DNA of 46,250 nucleotides from Deltaproteobacteria bacterium (GTDB lineage Bacteria; Myxococcota_A; UBA9042; DTJE01): NCBI GenBank assembly GCA_037442805.1, contig JBBIPO010000007.1, positions 1 to 46,250 of the forward strand, read 5' to 3'. Shown piece by piece: positions 14,575 to 23,278 of this stretch (position 1 is its first letter; each line of letters starts with the position of its first letter). The notes under the pieces were generated by a model. It saw only the letters and a program-made list of their open reading frames with translations, ran no database searches and was not told where the DNA came from. The position numbers and the translations under genes were made by a program.

Positions 14575-17500
14575 CTACTGGGCGCACGCGAGATTCTTCA
14601 GAATCGTCACGGATTGCCCGCCCCCATCCGCGGTCACGATGTCGGGACAGGAGTCCGCGTCGAGGTCCGCGACGGTCATGCGCGCGGGCAAGAGCCCGAC
14701 CAGGAAGCGGAACGGGTCGCTAAAGCGGCCCTGGGCGAGGTTGAGGTAGACGGTCACCATCGAGTCGTCGCGGTCCAGGACCACGATGTCCGCGTACCCG
14801 TCCCCGTTCATGTCCCGGACCGCGAGGTCCACCGGACCTCGCCCCGCATGGCCTAGGTTCACGGGTGGCGCGTACTGGACCTCGTCCCCGACCTTTCCGG
14901 CGGCCCGGACGATCGCCACGTCCGCGGCGAGCAGGATCACGAGGTCCGGATACGGGTCCTCGGCCGACCCGACGGGGGCGTCCAGCGCCTCGACCGCGAC
15001 GCGGGTCGGGCCCGGCCCGACCGCGAAATCCTGGGTCTCGCCCTCGCCGGCCTTGAACAGACCCAGGCCCTTGGCGAAGAAGACCGTGAACTCGCCGGAT
15101 TTCTCGTTCGTCATCACGACGTCGTAGTTGGACCCGCCCGTCAGGCGGGCCGCGGCCAGGGCCGACGGCCCCTGGGTCTCGTCCACCGGGTACAGGACAC
15201 CCTCCTGGACCTTGAACGTCCCGTCCCCTTGGCCGACGAAGGGCTGGAACAGCGTGGTCGGCTTCCCGTCCGGCGTGGTCCGGAACTGGGCGACCACCGC
15301 GAGGTCGAGCACGCCGGGCTTGGAGGACTCGCGCTTGAGGTCGGCGACCACCGCGAGGGTCGGGGAGTCCCCGGCCCAGGTCCCGTACTGGTAGTCCAGC
15401 CCGGTCACCGCGTCGATCCCCACCTTCAGTTTGGGGGACATGTGCGAGGGGCCCTCCTGCATCAGGAGCCGCCCGAGGGTCGGTTCCTTCTTGTCCGCGG
15501 CGCTCGTGGCCTGCGAGGGGACGAGGAAATCGTCGTAGTTGTTCTTGTCCAGGTCCGCGCTCAGGAGGTCCACGGGGTTGCGGACGTACGCGAACAGGAC
15601 CCCCGCCTTCTCGGTCGGGAGGGTCGAATCCTCGGACGGGACCAGGATGTGAATCCTGGCCTTGCCCTCGGCGTCCGTCCCGAGGACGCCGAGGTCCCGG
15701 TGGGATGGAAGGGCCGGCAATGGCTTGACATACCGGCCGGCCGTGACCGCGCGCGGCGCGAACCCCAGGCGCACCATGGGGGGGGCGGCCAGCCGGCGGG
15801 GGGAGGAGGGGAGCGCCGCCAGGACCTGGAGCCTCTGATTCGTCCGGTCGAGGATCACGATGTCAGGATGGGAGCCGCCCGTCATGGAGGCCAGGGCCAG
15901 GTCCGATGCCTCTCGGCTCGCCAGGTAGGCCGGACCCTCATCGAAGGCCCCCTTGCTGTTTCCCCACTCGATCAGGACCATGGCGGAGTCCGGACACCAG
16001 ACCACGAGGTCGCCCAGGCCGTCTCCGTCCAGGTCCGCCCCGAGGATTCTGGACGGGTTCAGGCCCGCCGGATAGGCGGCGGTGACCGAGACGATTCCGA
16101 GGCCCGTGCCCGGGTCTGGAACCAGGTGGAACAGGGTATCCAGGTCTCCGTCGGCCACGAGGAGCGTATCGCCCTTGGCCCCGGAAACCGGGGGGCCGAG
16201 CACCAGGGACGTCGGAGTGGTCAGGGGCACGGGCGTGCCCGTCCCGGGGTTGTACTGGAGGTCGGAGTTGATGCCGACCAGGAGCGTGCCGGTTGCGCCG
16301 TTGACGGGAAACACGGTCACGACCCCGGAGGACCGGCGGGTGACGAGCACGTCGTTGTCGCCGTCCGCGGTGAAGTCGCCGATCGCGGCGAGATACGGTT
16401 CTTCGACGCCTCCATAGGTACTGAACCCGGACCAGGTCCCCGGGGACTTCGACAGCGCGACCGCGACCGAGGCGCTGCCCTTGGCGAGCGTGACCACGAG
16501 GTCGGGCTCGTCGTCGCGGTCGAGGTCGCCGGCCACGATGTCATTGGCCCGTGCGTCGAGCATCGCCTTCCAGGTGGCGGTTGCGGGAAAGGTGCCGGCC
16601 GCATTCTGCGGGAAGAACTGGACCGTGGACTTGTCGCCGGTCTCCGTCGTGACGAGGAGGACGTCCTCGAGTCGGTCGCCGTTCAGGTCCTCGACCCGGG
16701 CGAGGGACACGGGGACCGTGACCAGGGAGGCGGCCAGGTCCAAGGTCGCCTGCGGTCCTGGCCTCAACAGATGGAGTCCCTTGTTCCCCCACCCGAGGAG
16801 GCCTGGCCCCTTCGCCGTCTCGATGCCCGCGACCCGCTCGATGGCCAGGTCCTTGGGGAGGGTCCACTGGCTCGCGGACTGGAACGAGGCCGGTGGAACG
16901 AAGTTGACCCAGTAGGACAGGGGAGACGGCGTAACGTTGCCGTTCTTGTCGCTGGCCGTGATCTCGACGGTGTTCTTCCCAACGAGGAGTTCATGCGTGC
17001 GGACCGTCACCGCATTCTGCAAGCCCGGCGCGGGGTTCACGAGGTCGGCGACCGCGTCCCCGTTCACGCGGATGACGATGTGTTCCGTGCCGACCCCGTT
17101 CCCGTCGCTGACCGACACGCGGATCACGAGGTCCGACAGGAAGTTGGAGTAGGGCGGCGTGCTGGGCGGATACAGCTCGACCTTGGGGGGGGTGTTGTCC
17201 ACCTTGACGGGGACCCCGGCGGAGCCCTTGCGCCCGTCCGCGGCCTCGACCTGGCAGAAGAAGGTATAGGACCCGTCCGCGACCTGGGCGGAGTTCACCA
17301 CGAGCGTGACCTCACCGTCCTGCGGGATTGTCACGACCTCCCCGACCTTGACGGGTGATAGCCCCGAGGCCAGGAACGCGAAGACGACCCGCGAGATCGT
17401 CTCGCCCTTCGGGTCGGTCGCCGTGGCCGCCACTTCGAAGCTCCCCGTCAGGATGCGGTTCGCCATAGGCTTGTGGATGGTGCAGGTGGGCACATCGGCG

Positions 17501-17649
17501 GGCGGCAGGTCGGGCTCCGTCGCGTCGGCGGTCTCCACCGCATCGGTCGGCGGGAAGATGGGGGTCCTCTTCTTGCTCCCGCCGCATCCGAAAAGGATCA
17601 GGGCCAAGCCCAGCCCGATCCTGACCAGCACCATCGCCGATCGTCCCAT
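14575..17649 (-). CDS. FG-GAP/VCBS-repeat lipoprotein with N-terminal Ig-like domains
   Basis: The lipobox is 'LALILFGCGG'. Repeated 'GDLDGDG / DLNGDRLEDV / DMNGDGYADIVV / ADLDADSCPDIV' motifs are typical of FG-GAP/VCBS beta-propeller repeats. The alternative start is a GTG at 17670. Confidence 0.85.
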   Translation of the reverse strand: MGRSAMVLVRIGLGLALILFGCGGSKKRTPIFPPTDAVETADATEPDLPPADVPTCTIHKPMANRILTGSFEVAATATDPKGETISRVVFAFLASGLSPVKVGEVVTIPQDGEVTLVVNSAQVADGSYTFFCQVEAADGRKGSAGVPVKVDNTPPKVELYPPSTPPYSNFLSDLVIRVSVSDGNGVGTEHIVIRVNGDAVADLVNPAPGLQNAVTVRTHELLVGKNTVEITASDKNGNVTPSPLSYWVNFVPPASFQSASQWTLPKDLAIERVAGIETAKGPGLLGWGNKGLHLLRPGPQATLDLAASLVTVPVSLARVEDLNGDRLEDVLLVTTETGDKSTVQFFPQNAAGTFPATATWKAMLDARANDIVAGDLDRDDEPDLVVTLAKGSASVAVALSKSPGTWSGFSTYGGVEEPYLAAIGDFTADGDNDVLVTRRSSGVVTVFPVNGATGTLLVGINSDLQYNPGTGTPVPLTTPTSLVLGPPVSGAKGDTLLVADGDLDTLFHLVPDPGTGLGIVSVTAAYPAGLNPSRILGADLDGDGLGDLVVWCPDSAMVLIEWGNSKGAFDEGPAYLASREASDLALASMTGGSHPDIVILDRTNQRLQVLAALPSSPRRLAAPPMVRLGFAPRAVTAGRYVKPLPALPSHRDLGVLGTDAEGKARIHILVPSEDSTLPTEKAGVLFAYVRNPVDLLSADLDKNNYDDFLVPSQATSAADKKEPTLGRLLMQEGPSHMSPKLKVGIDAVTGLDYQYGTWAGDSPTLAVVADLKRESSKPGVLDLAVVAQFRTTPDGKPTTLFQPFVGQGDGTFKVQEGVLYPVDETQGPSALAAARLTGGSNYDVVMTNEKSGEFTVFFAKGLGLFKAGEGETQDFAVGPGPTRVAVEALDAPVGSAEDPYPDLVILLAADVAIVRAAGKVGDEVQYAPPVNLGHAGRGPVDLAVRDMNGDGYADIVVLDRDDSMVTVYLNLAQGRFSDPFRFLVGLLPARMTVADLDADSCPDIVTADGGGQSVTILKNLACAQ

Positions 17650-17749
17650 GGTCACGCGCCTCGGCCACACCCGGCTACATCTTCTTGGAAGCGACCGAAA
17701 CCGTCAAGAAAACGACGGGGTTTCTCGGGTTCGAGATTTCCCGCCGCGG

Positions 17750-18040
17750 TTACCGTTCGCCGGGGCGGCTCTCCCCCTCGATCACCTGGACCACGGCCGC
17801 GTCCACGAGGACGTCCCGGCTGCCGGGGCGGACCGCGTTGCGCGCCCCGCTCCCGAACGCGACCACCACGCGGTCCCCGGGCCCTGCGTCCAGGCAGTCC
17901 ACCGCGACCACGACCCGTCCCGTGAAGCGCTCGCCGCACCCGTCGTGACCCGTCAGGGCCACGAGCAGTAGTTTGCGGTCTGCGAGCCTCGGGGCCTTGC
18001 GCGTGGCCCAGACCTCGCCGATGACGACGCCCCGGTTCAT
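17750..18040 (-). CDS. EutN/CcmL-family protein (BMC vertex pentamer, BMC-P), paralog 1
   Basis: 'GVVIGEVWATRKAPRLADRKLLLV...VAVDCLDAGPGDRVVVAFGSGAR...VDAAVVQVIE' matches the EutN/CcmL pattern. GAGAGG lies upstream of the ATG. Confidence 0.85.
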   Translation of the reverse strand: MNRGVVIGEVWATRKAPRLADRKLLLVALTGHDGCGERFTGRVVVAVDCLDAGPGDRVVVAFGSGARNAVRPGSRDVLVDAAVVQVIEGESRPGER

Positions 18041-18058
18041 CCCGGCCTCTCAAGAAAC

Positions 18059-18082
18059 GTGGGCGTGGGCGTAGGCGTGGGC
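18059..18082. repeat. Hexanucleotide microsatellite (GTGGGC/GTAGGC) x4
   Basis: 'GTGGGCGTGGGCGTAGGCGTGGGC' lies in the 82-nt spacer between EutN paralogs 2 and 1. Confidence 0.6.
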
Positions 18083-18122
18083 GACTCCGCGAACGCCCCG
18101 GAACGTCATCCACTCCACCCTT

Positions 18123-18491
18123 TCATCCATCCGGGCGCGCGGGCCCATGGCAACTCTCCTGAAGGACGGCGGGTGACCGGCCCGGCGCGAAGCGGAAACG
18201 GGGACCCTGGCATGCGTCCCGGTACACCTCGACACGATCGACGATCGCCGCGATCGAGGCCTCGACCGGGTGCCGCGTGTCCCCGAGGGCCCACCGCGCA
18301 GGCAGTCCCAGACAGACCACCACGTCCTGACCGACCTCGGCCCCGACCGGGTCCACCGCGACGAGGTGGTCGCACTCGTGGTCCGGCCAGGACCAGGCCA
18401 GGGGGCGCACCAGGAGCAGTTTCCTGCCCAACAGATACGGGTTCTTGCGCGTGGCCCAGACCTGGCCGATCACCCTCCCGAGGATCATCAT
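18123..18491 (-). CDS. EutN/CcmL-family protein (BMC-P), paralog 2, with an extended C-terminus
   Basis: 'MMILGRVIGQVWATRKNPYLLGRKLLLVRPL...HLVAVDPVGAEVGQDVVV...VEASIAAIVDRVE' is present. GGGAGG lies just upstream. Confidence 0.8.
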   Translation of the reverse strand: MMILGRVIGQVWATRKNPYLLGRKLLLVRPLAWSWPDHECDHLVAVDPVGAEVGQDVVVCLGLPARWALGDTRHPVEASIAAIVDRVEVYRDACQGPRFRFAPGRSPAVLQESCHGPARPDG

Positions 18492-18529
18492 GTCCTCCCG
18501 GTCGCTCTGGAAGGATCTCTCCGGTACAC

Positions 18530-18635
18530 CCGGACCGTGACAGAGGCCGTGTCCGGGACCCTGTCCGTGTCCGCCACGGAGTCCCTGCCGGACCCCGGAT
18601 GCCGGACCCCCGACGCCCGACCCCGGCCCCCCGTT
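18530..18635 (-). repeat. Composite GC-rich intergenic repeat, copy C
   Basis: The reverse complement reads 'GGGGGGCCGGGGTCGGGCGTCGGGGGTCCGGCATCCGGGGTCCGGCAGGGACTCCGTGGCGGACACGGACAGGGTCCCGGACACGGCCTCTGTCACGG'. It lies between EutN paralogs 3 and 2. Confidence 0.7.
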
Positions 18636-18657
18636 TCCCGGACCGCGGCGCCCGCAG

Positions 18658-18969
18658 TCACGCGCCCACCACGGCCTCGTCCACGATCGCGATGACGCAG
18701 TGCTTGGTCGGGACGAGCGGGTCCGTGACCAGGTCACGCACGCGGCTCCCGATGGCCACGAGCACGCACTGCCCCACGTCCGCGCCCAGCGGGTCCACGG
18801 CCAGGAGGGACGTGGACGCCAGACGGGCGGGTGACACATCATGGCCGAGGCGGAGACCTTCCCGGGCGCCGCGCAAGGTCACGGGCCGTACCTCCACCAC
18901 GCGCCGACCACGCAGCGTCTCGGTCTGCTTCGCCCCCCAGACCGTCCCGATGACCTGGCCCAGGATCAC
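18658..18969 (-). CDS. EutN/CcmL-family protein (BMC-P), paralog 3
   Basis: 'VILGQVIGTVWGAKQTETLRGRRVVEVRPV...LLAVDPLGADVGQCVLVAIGSRVR...KHCVIAIVDE' is present. The GTG start overlaps the upstream stop (GTGA). Confidence 0.8.
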   Translation of the reverse strand: MILGQVIGTVWGAKQTETLRGRRVVEVRPVTLRGAREGLRLGHDVSPARLASTSLLAVDPLGADVGQCVLVAIGSRVRDLVTDPLVPTKHCVIAIVDEAVVGA

Positions 18970-19478
18970 GCGCGGTCCCCCTCGCGGATCAAGTCCGCCA
19001 CCGCTCGCGCCTCCTCGTCGAGAATCTCCTTCGCGTACGAGTAGATCAGGCGTTCCGCGATGGCGCCGAGGAGAAAGACCTCGACCTTCAGTTCGCCCGA
19101 CACCTCCCGCACCGCCCCCCCGTTCCGGCCGGCGCGGATGCGCATCTCGCCGTGATTCTTGAGGAGGGCCGCCACTCCCGGCGTCGTCGGGACGTTGCGG
19201 TAGGTCACGACCCCCGTCTTCAGGTCGGCCTCGGATTCCTCGACCCACTCCATCCAGCGCGGCTCGACCTTCTTGGGGCCCACGGACCGGATGGCCGGGA
19301 CCGGGAGGTACCGGACGCGCCGGCGGACGCGGCCGTTCTCCTCGGACCACGACAGGGTCTCGGCCTCGGTGATCCGGGTCAGCCGGGGCAGGAGCCTCTC
19401 GACGATTCCGCGATCGAAAAGCGTCCGGACCAGCGTGGAACCGTCGCATGGGAACTCGTGTTCCATCCGGTATTTCAT
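18966..19478 (-). CDS. SRPBCC-fold protein, DUF2505-like
   Basis: 'MKYRMEHEFPCDGSTLVRTLFDRGIVERLLPRL...' resembles the DUF2505/START-like pattern, recognised from memory only. It is translationally coupled to EutN paralog 3. Confidence 0.55.
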   Translation of the reverse strand: MKYRMEHEFPCDGSTLVRTLFDRGIVERLLPRLTRITEAETLSWSEENGRVRRRVRYLPVPAIRSVGPKKVEPRWMEWVEESEADLKTGVVTYRNVPTTPGVAALLKNHGEMRIRAGRNGGAVREVSGELKVEVFLLGAIAERLIYSYAKEILDEEARAVADLIREGDRA

Positions 19479-19601
19479 GGGATTCCCTTCCGGTGCGGTT
19501 CCGGCTCGGAACTCGCGGACCAGCCCCATCCTACCCTGAACCGTGCGATGGGTTCAACTGCTTGACCCGTGGCGGGCTCCGTCCTACCGTACCCGCCGCG
19601 A

Positions 19602-20906
19602 ATGGGACGGCGACCCGCAAGACCGCGACGTCAGGCGGCCCTGGCCATCTACGTGGGCTTGATCACCACGACCGCCCTGAGCCTCGTCCTGATCTATCTG
19701 GGCGCGCTTGCCCCCACGACCCTGGCCGTCTTTTCGTTTGCAGCGGTCCTCGCCGGGGCCTTGCTCCTGTCCTGGGGGGCCGAGGCCGCGGAGTTCATGG
19801 TCAGCCAGGGGTTTGCTGTGGCCGTGGTGGCTTTCCTCCAGGTCCTGCCCGAGTTCATGGTCGAGGGGGTCATCGCGTACGAGGGCAAGGTGCCGTTGAT
19901 GATGGCGAACCTGACCGGGTCCAACCGGCTCCTGATGGGGGTCGGGTGGACCCTCGTCTATTTCACCGCCTTCTTCTCAGCGCGGGGGGTCGGGGGCTGG
20001 CGGCACGCCGTCGTCCTGAGGCGCGAGAACGTGGTCGAGGTCCTGTTCCTCTTTCTGGCCTCCATGTATTTCCACGTGATCCTGGTCAAGCGCCGTCTGT
20101 GGCTCGAGGACACGCTCGTGCTGGGGCTCCTGTTCGTTGCGTACCTGTGGACGCTCCTGCGCCTTCCCCCCGAGGAGGAGGAGGACGTCGCGTTTCTCCC
20201 CCTCCCGCCACGGGAGGTCGCCGCCATCGCGAGCACGCGCCTGCGGGTCGCGGTCGTGGTGGGGCTGTTCGTGATCGGGGGCGGGACGATGGTCCTGGTC
20301 GCCCATCCCTTCTTGGAGGGCATGGAGGCGGTGGCACTGTCGCTCGGGGTCTCGTCGTTCGTGTTCGTGCAGTGGGTCGCGCCGTTCCTGACCGAGATCC
20401 CTGAGAAGATCACCGCCTTCTACTGGGCCCGTTCCGTGCGCAGCGCCAACATGGGCCTGACCAACCTCGTGTCGTCCAAGGTGAACCAGTGGACGCTGCT
20501 CGTGGCCATGGTCCCGCTGATGTTCTGGGCGTCCCCGCGAGGGGGCGAGCCGATTCACCTCGACGGTCACCAGCTGGAGGAACTCTTCCTCTCGATGGCG
20601 ATGAGCGTCTATGGGGCCGCGGCGCTGGCCAAGCGGCGCTTCACGCTCGAGAATGCGCTCGTGCTCTTCGTTCTGTGGTTCGTCCAGTTCGTGTCGCCGG
20701 GCCGGTTCGTGCCCCCGCACGATTCGTACTTCGATTTTCCGAACTGGCTGTGGGAATCCTGGAGGGGCCTGACCACGGGGCTGTTCGGGGTTCTTACCAT
20801 CGCGGAGTTCGTCCGCTTCCGGCGGGAATGGGACGTGGTCGGGGACCTCCGCCACACGTGGCAACTGGTGCGGGCCGCGCGCGGGCGGCGGGAAGGGGGT
20901 CCATGA
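19602..20906 (+). CDS. Cation/Ca2+ exchanger (CaCA)-like polytopic membrane protein
   Basis: About 10 TM helices are present. 'LSWGAEAAEFMVSQGFAVAVVAFLQVLPEFMVE' and a second half 'FVQWVAPFLTEIPEKI' resemble the paired alpha-repeats of Na+/Ca2+ exchanger-type carriers. The alternative start is a GTG at 19569. Confidence 0.65.
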   Translation: MGRRPARPRRQAALAIYVGLITTTALSLVLIYLGALAPTTLAVFSFAAVLAGALLLSWGAEAAEFMVSQGFAVAVVAFLQVLPEFMVEGVIAYEGKVPLMMANLTGSNRLLMGVGWTLVYFTAFFSARGVGGWRHAVVLRRENVVEVLFLFLASMYFHVILVKRRLWLEDTLVLGLLFVAYLWTLLRLPPEEEEDVAFLPLPPREVAAIASTRLRVAVVVGLFVIGGGTMVLVAHPFLEGMEAVALSLGVSSFVFVQWVAPFLTEIPEKITAFYWARSVRSANMGLTNLVSSKVNQWTLLVAMVPLMFWASPRGGEPIHLDGHQLEELFLSMAMSVYGAAALAKRRFTLENALVLFVLWFVQFVSPGRFVPPHDSYFDFPNWLWESWRGLTTGLFGVLTIAEFVRFRREWDVVGDLRHTWQLVRAARGRREGGP

Positions 20907-21688
20907 GCGAGGCTCGCAAGGGTGTCCGGCTTCAGCGTCTTCTGGCCGAGGCCGGCATCGCGTCCCGCCGCAAGGCCGAAGCCCTGATCCGGGAGGGCCG
21001 CGTCGAGGTCAATGGCCAGGTGGCCGAGATCGGGGCCGTGGTGGACCCGGACCGGGACCACGTCCGCGTGGACGGCGAGAGCGTTCACCGCCCCGGGGTC
21101 CGGCTCCACCTCGTGATGAACAAGCCGCGGGGCGTGATCTGCGCGGCCTCCGACCCGCGGGGTCGTCCGACCGTGACGTCGTTGCTCCCGGCCCTGCCGG
21201 CGCGCGTCCACTCGGTCGGACGCCTGGACTTTCAGTCCGAGGGCGTACTGATCTTCACGAACGACGGGGACCTCGCTCGCACGCTCGCGCACCCGTCCTC
21301 CGGGGTGGAACGGGTCTATCACGTGAAGGTCCAGGGCCGCGTGTCCGAGGCGGCCCTGTCGAGGCTGCGGCGCGGGGTGAGGCTCGAGGACGGTCCGGCC
21401 CGGTGCACGGCGTGCAAGGTCCTGCGGCGCTCCCGGCCGCGGCCCGAGCCCGGTCGTGTCCACCGCAGTCCCGGGAGCAACACGTGGGTCGAGGTCACGC
21501 TGACCGAGGGCCGCAATCGGGAGGTCCGCCGGATGTTCGAGGCCCTCCGGCTCACGGTGCTCAAACTGCGGCGCGTCCGCTTCGGTCCCGTCACCCTGGG
21601 CGACCTGAAGCCCGGCCAGTGCCGCCCCCTGACGGAGCGGGAGGTCGCGGCCTTGCGGGCCAGCGTGTCCACTCGGGAGTCTCGTTGA
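20903..21688 (+). CDS. rluB: Pseudouridine synthase, RsuA/RluB family, with an N-terminal S4 domain
   Basis: The S4 domain is 'RLQRLLAEAGIASRRKAEALIREGRVEVNG'. The catalytic motif is 'GRLDFQSEGVLIFTNDGDLA', followed by 'EGRNREVRRMFE'. An ATGA overlap links it to the upstream gene. Confidence 0.85.
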   Translation: MSEARKGVRLQRLLAEAGIASRRKAEALIREGRVEVNGQVAEIGAVVDPDRDHVRVDGESVHRPGVRLHLVMNKPRGVICAASDPRGRPTVTSLLPALPARVHSVGRLDFQSEGVLIFTNDGDLARTLAHPSSGVERVYHVKVQGRVSEAALSRLRRGVRLEDGPARCTACKVLRRSRPRPEPGRVHRSPGSNTWVEVTLTEGRNREVRRMFEALRLTVLKLRRVRFGPVTLGDLKPGQCRPLTEREVAALRASVSTRESR

Positions 21689-21737
21689 CATCCCGGTCCG
21701 GGGCCGGTAAGAAGGGCCCGGCAGTGGGGATTCGCGC

Positions 21738-22013
21738 ATGTCGGCTGGGCCCGAAGGAACGGTGGGGGCCGGGATGGTCGGAACGGTCCGGACCGCGGTC
21801 CGCACGATCCGGGAGCGGCCGGCGCTCGGAGTGGTCCTGGCCATCTGCGTGTGGCGGTGTGTCGAGTCGCTCGTGGGAACCACGCTTCAGGCCCTTTCGC
21901 CCGAGGAGGCGAACCTGCCCATCCTGCAATGGCTCGACCGGCCTGCGGTTGCCATCGCGTCCGTCGGGTGCGCGGTTGCGACGCTGCACGGCCGACGCCG
22001 CGCAATGACCTGA
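21738..22013 (+). CDS. Membrane segment, probably the N-terminal part of the downstream SGNH-like gene, cut off by an in-frame TGA
   Basis: It is in the same reading frame as 22083-23111. The 69 nt between the TGA (22011-22013) and the next ATG have 23 of 24 third positions G/C and encode hydrophobic helices. Confidence 0.4.
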   Translation: MSAGPEGTVGAGMVGTVRTAVRTIRERPALGVVLAICVWRCVESLVGTTLQALSPEEANLPILQWLDRPAVAIASVGCAVATLHGRRRAMT

Positions 22014-22082
22014 GCGGTCTGGGCCGTCCTGACCGAGCTGCTGGTACTGGGGCGCTGGAGGGTCGTCGAGAACCCGGGCGCC

Positions 22083-23111
22083 ATGGTTCCGGTGGTCGCG
22101 TGGACCGTCGCGTTCGCCGTGCTCGCTCGATCCCGTCTCCGCGTTTCCCCCCACGAGGAATCGCGGTGGCGGGACCTCATGGTCGGCTTGCACGTGACGC
22201 TCGCCCTGTTCGTGGGGCTCGAGGCGGCGGCAGGCATCGCGATCCGCTCGTGTTACCAGCAGATCATGGACCCGCCCGACCCTGTGGTCCGGCCCGCGCC
22301 CGAGTTTGTGGCGGGGTTGCCGACGTTCGCGACCATCGGGAGTTCCCCGGCCACGGTCGAGAGGCTGCACGACCGCCCCTTCAGCCGTCTCCTGGCCGAG
22401 CGCTACCGGGGACGGATGAACTTCCTATTCTACCGGCACGGGGGCCTGTCGTCGCACCGGCTCGTGACCATCGCCCGGGACCTCATGGATTCCGAACCGC
22501 AGCCCGACGCTTTGATCCTGTACATCGGACACCAGGATTACAATGCCTCGCGTGGCGTGGCCTTCCTGCGGGACCTGGACCTGGCGGGGAGCGACGAGCG
22601 GACCCTGACGACCTTGCAGTGGGTCATCCGGCAATCGTCCCTGGTTCGCCTGTCGCTGTACCTGTTGTGGGAGGCCCGGTACGGGCACTTGGCGAACCGC
22701 GGGCCGGAGTGGCGGGAAGAGGTCTTCCGCCACTACTCGGAGAACATGAGCCGCATCGTCGCCGACGCGGGTCGCCGCGGGGTCCATGTGTTCGCGGTGA
22801 CGGTCCAGGCGGACCGGAGCCGGATGAGCGCGGAATCGAAGGCCTACATGAAGATGGAAAACGAGTTCATTCGCGGCCTGCCGGCGCGGTTTCCACACGT
22901 GACGTTGGTGGATTTCGAACCGGTCCTGGATGCCCGGTACCCGGACGGCGCAAGGCCGGACTGCGAGCCCTACGAACCCAACCCCGTCACGGGCGGGTGC
23001 GGGGACCCATATCATCTGGGACCCCGGGGCCACGAGGTCCTCGCGGACCTGCTCGGGCCGGTGCTGGAGCGGTGGGTCGCCTCGCGCGCGGGCGCGACCG
23101 GGGGGAAGTAG
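22083..23111 (+). CDS. SGNH/GDSL-like hydrolase with N-terminal TM helices
   Basis: 'ALILYIGHQDY' (block I-like) and the C-terminal 'GDPYHLGPRGHEVLADLL' (DxxH block V-like) are present. The family call is moderate. Confidence 0.6.
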   Translation: MVPVVAWTVAFAVLARSRLRVSPHEESRWRDLMVGLHVTLALFVGLEAAAGIAIRSCYQQIMDPPDPVVRPAPEFVAGLPTFATIGSSPATVERLHDRPFSRLLAERYRGRMNFLFYRHGGLSSHRLVTIARDLMDSEPQPDALILYIGHQDYNASRGVAFLRDLDLAGSDERTLTTLQWVIRQSSLVRLSLYLLWEARYGHLANRGPEWREEVFRHYSENMSRIVADAGRRGVHVFAVTVQADRSRMSAESKAYMKMENEFIRGLPARFPHVTLVDFEPVLDARYPDGARPDCEPYEPNPVTGGCGDPYHLGPRGHEVLADLLGPVLERWVASRAGATGGK

Positions 23112-23119
23112 GGGGAGAC

Positions 23120-23278
23120 ATGGGACGCCTCGCGCTCGCCAAGGACCTCGCGCGCCTGGTCTGGCGCCGGAAGGCCTGGTTCCTGGTGCCGGTGTTCGCG
23201 CTGATCCTGTTCGCGGGATTCCTGCTGGTGGTGCTGGAGACCCCGGCCCTGATGCCGTTCTTCTATGCGATCTTCTGA
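23120..23278 (+). CDS. DUF5989-like small membrane protein (52 aa)
   Basis: 'LAKDLARLVWRRKAWFLVPVFALILFAGFLLVVLETPALMPFFYAIF*' matches the pattern I recall for DUF5989. GGGGGAG lies upstream of the ATG. Confidence 0.7.
   Translation: MGRLALAKDLARLVWRRKAWFLVPVFALILFAGFLLVVLETPALMPFFYAIF

Noticed and set aside
19569..21688. A functional link between the CaCA-like transporter and rluB, suggested by their ATGA overlap.
   Set aside because: Four-nucleotide overlaps are pervasive in this window between unrelated genes, so the coupling alone is not evidence of a shared system.
22011..22013. Selenocysteine recoding of the in-frame TGA.
   Set aside because: The position is within a stretch of predicted membrane helices. 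No convincing SECIS-like stem-loop follows immediately downstream. TGA is used as a normal stop nearby. It is kept only as a low-probability alternative in the finding.
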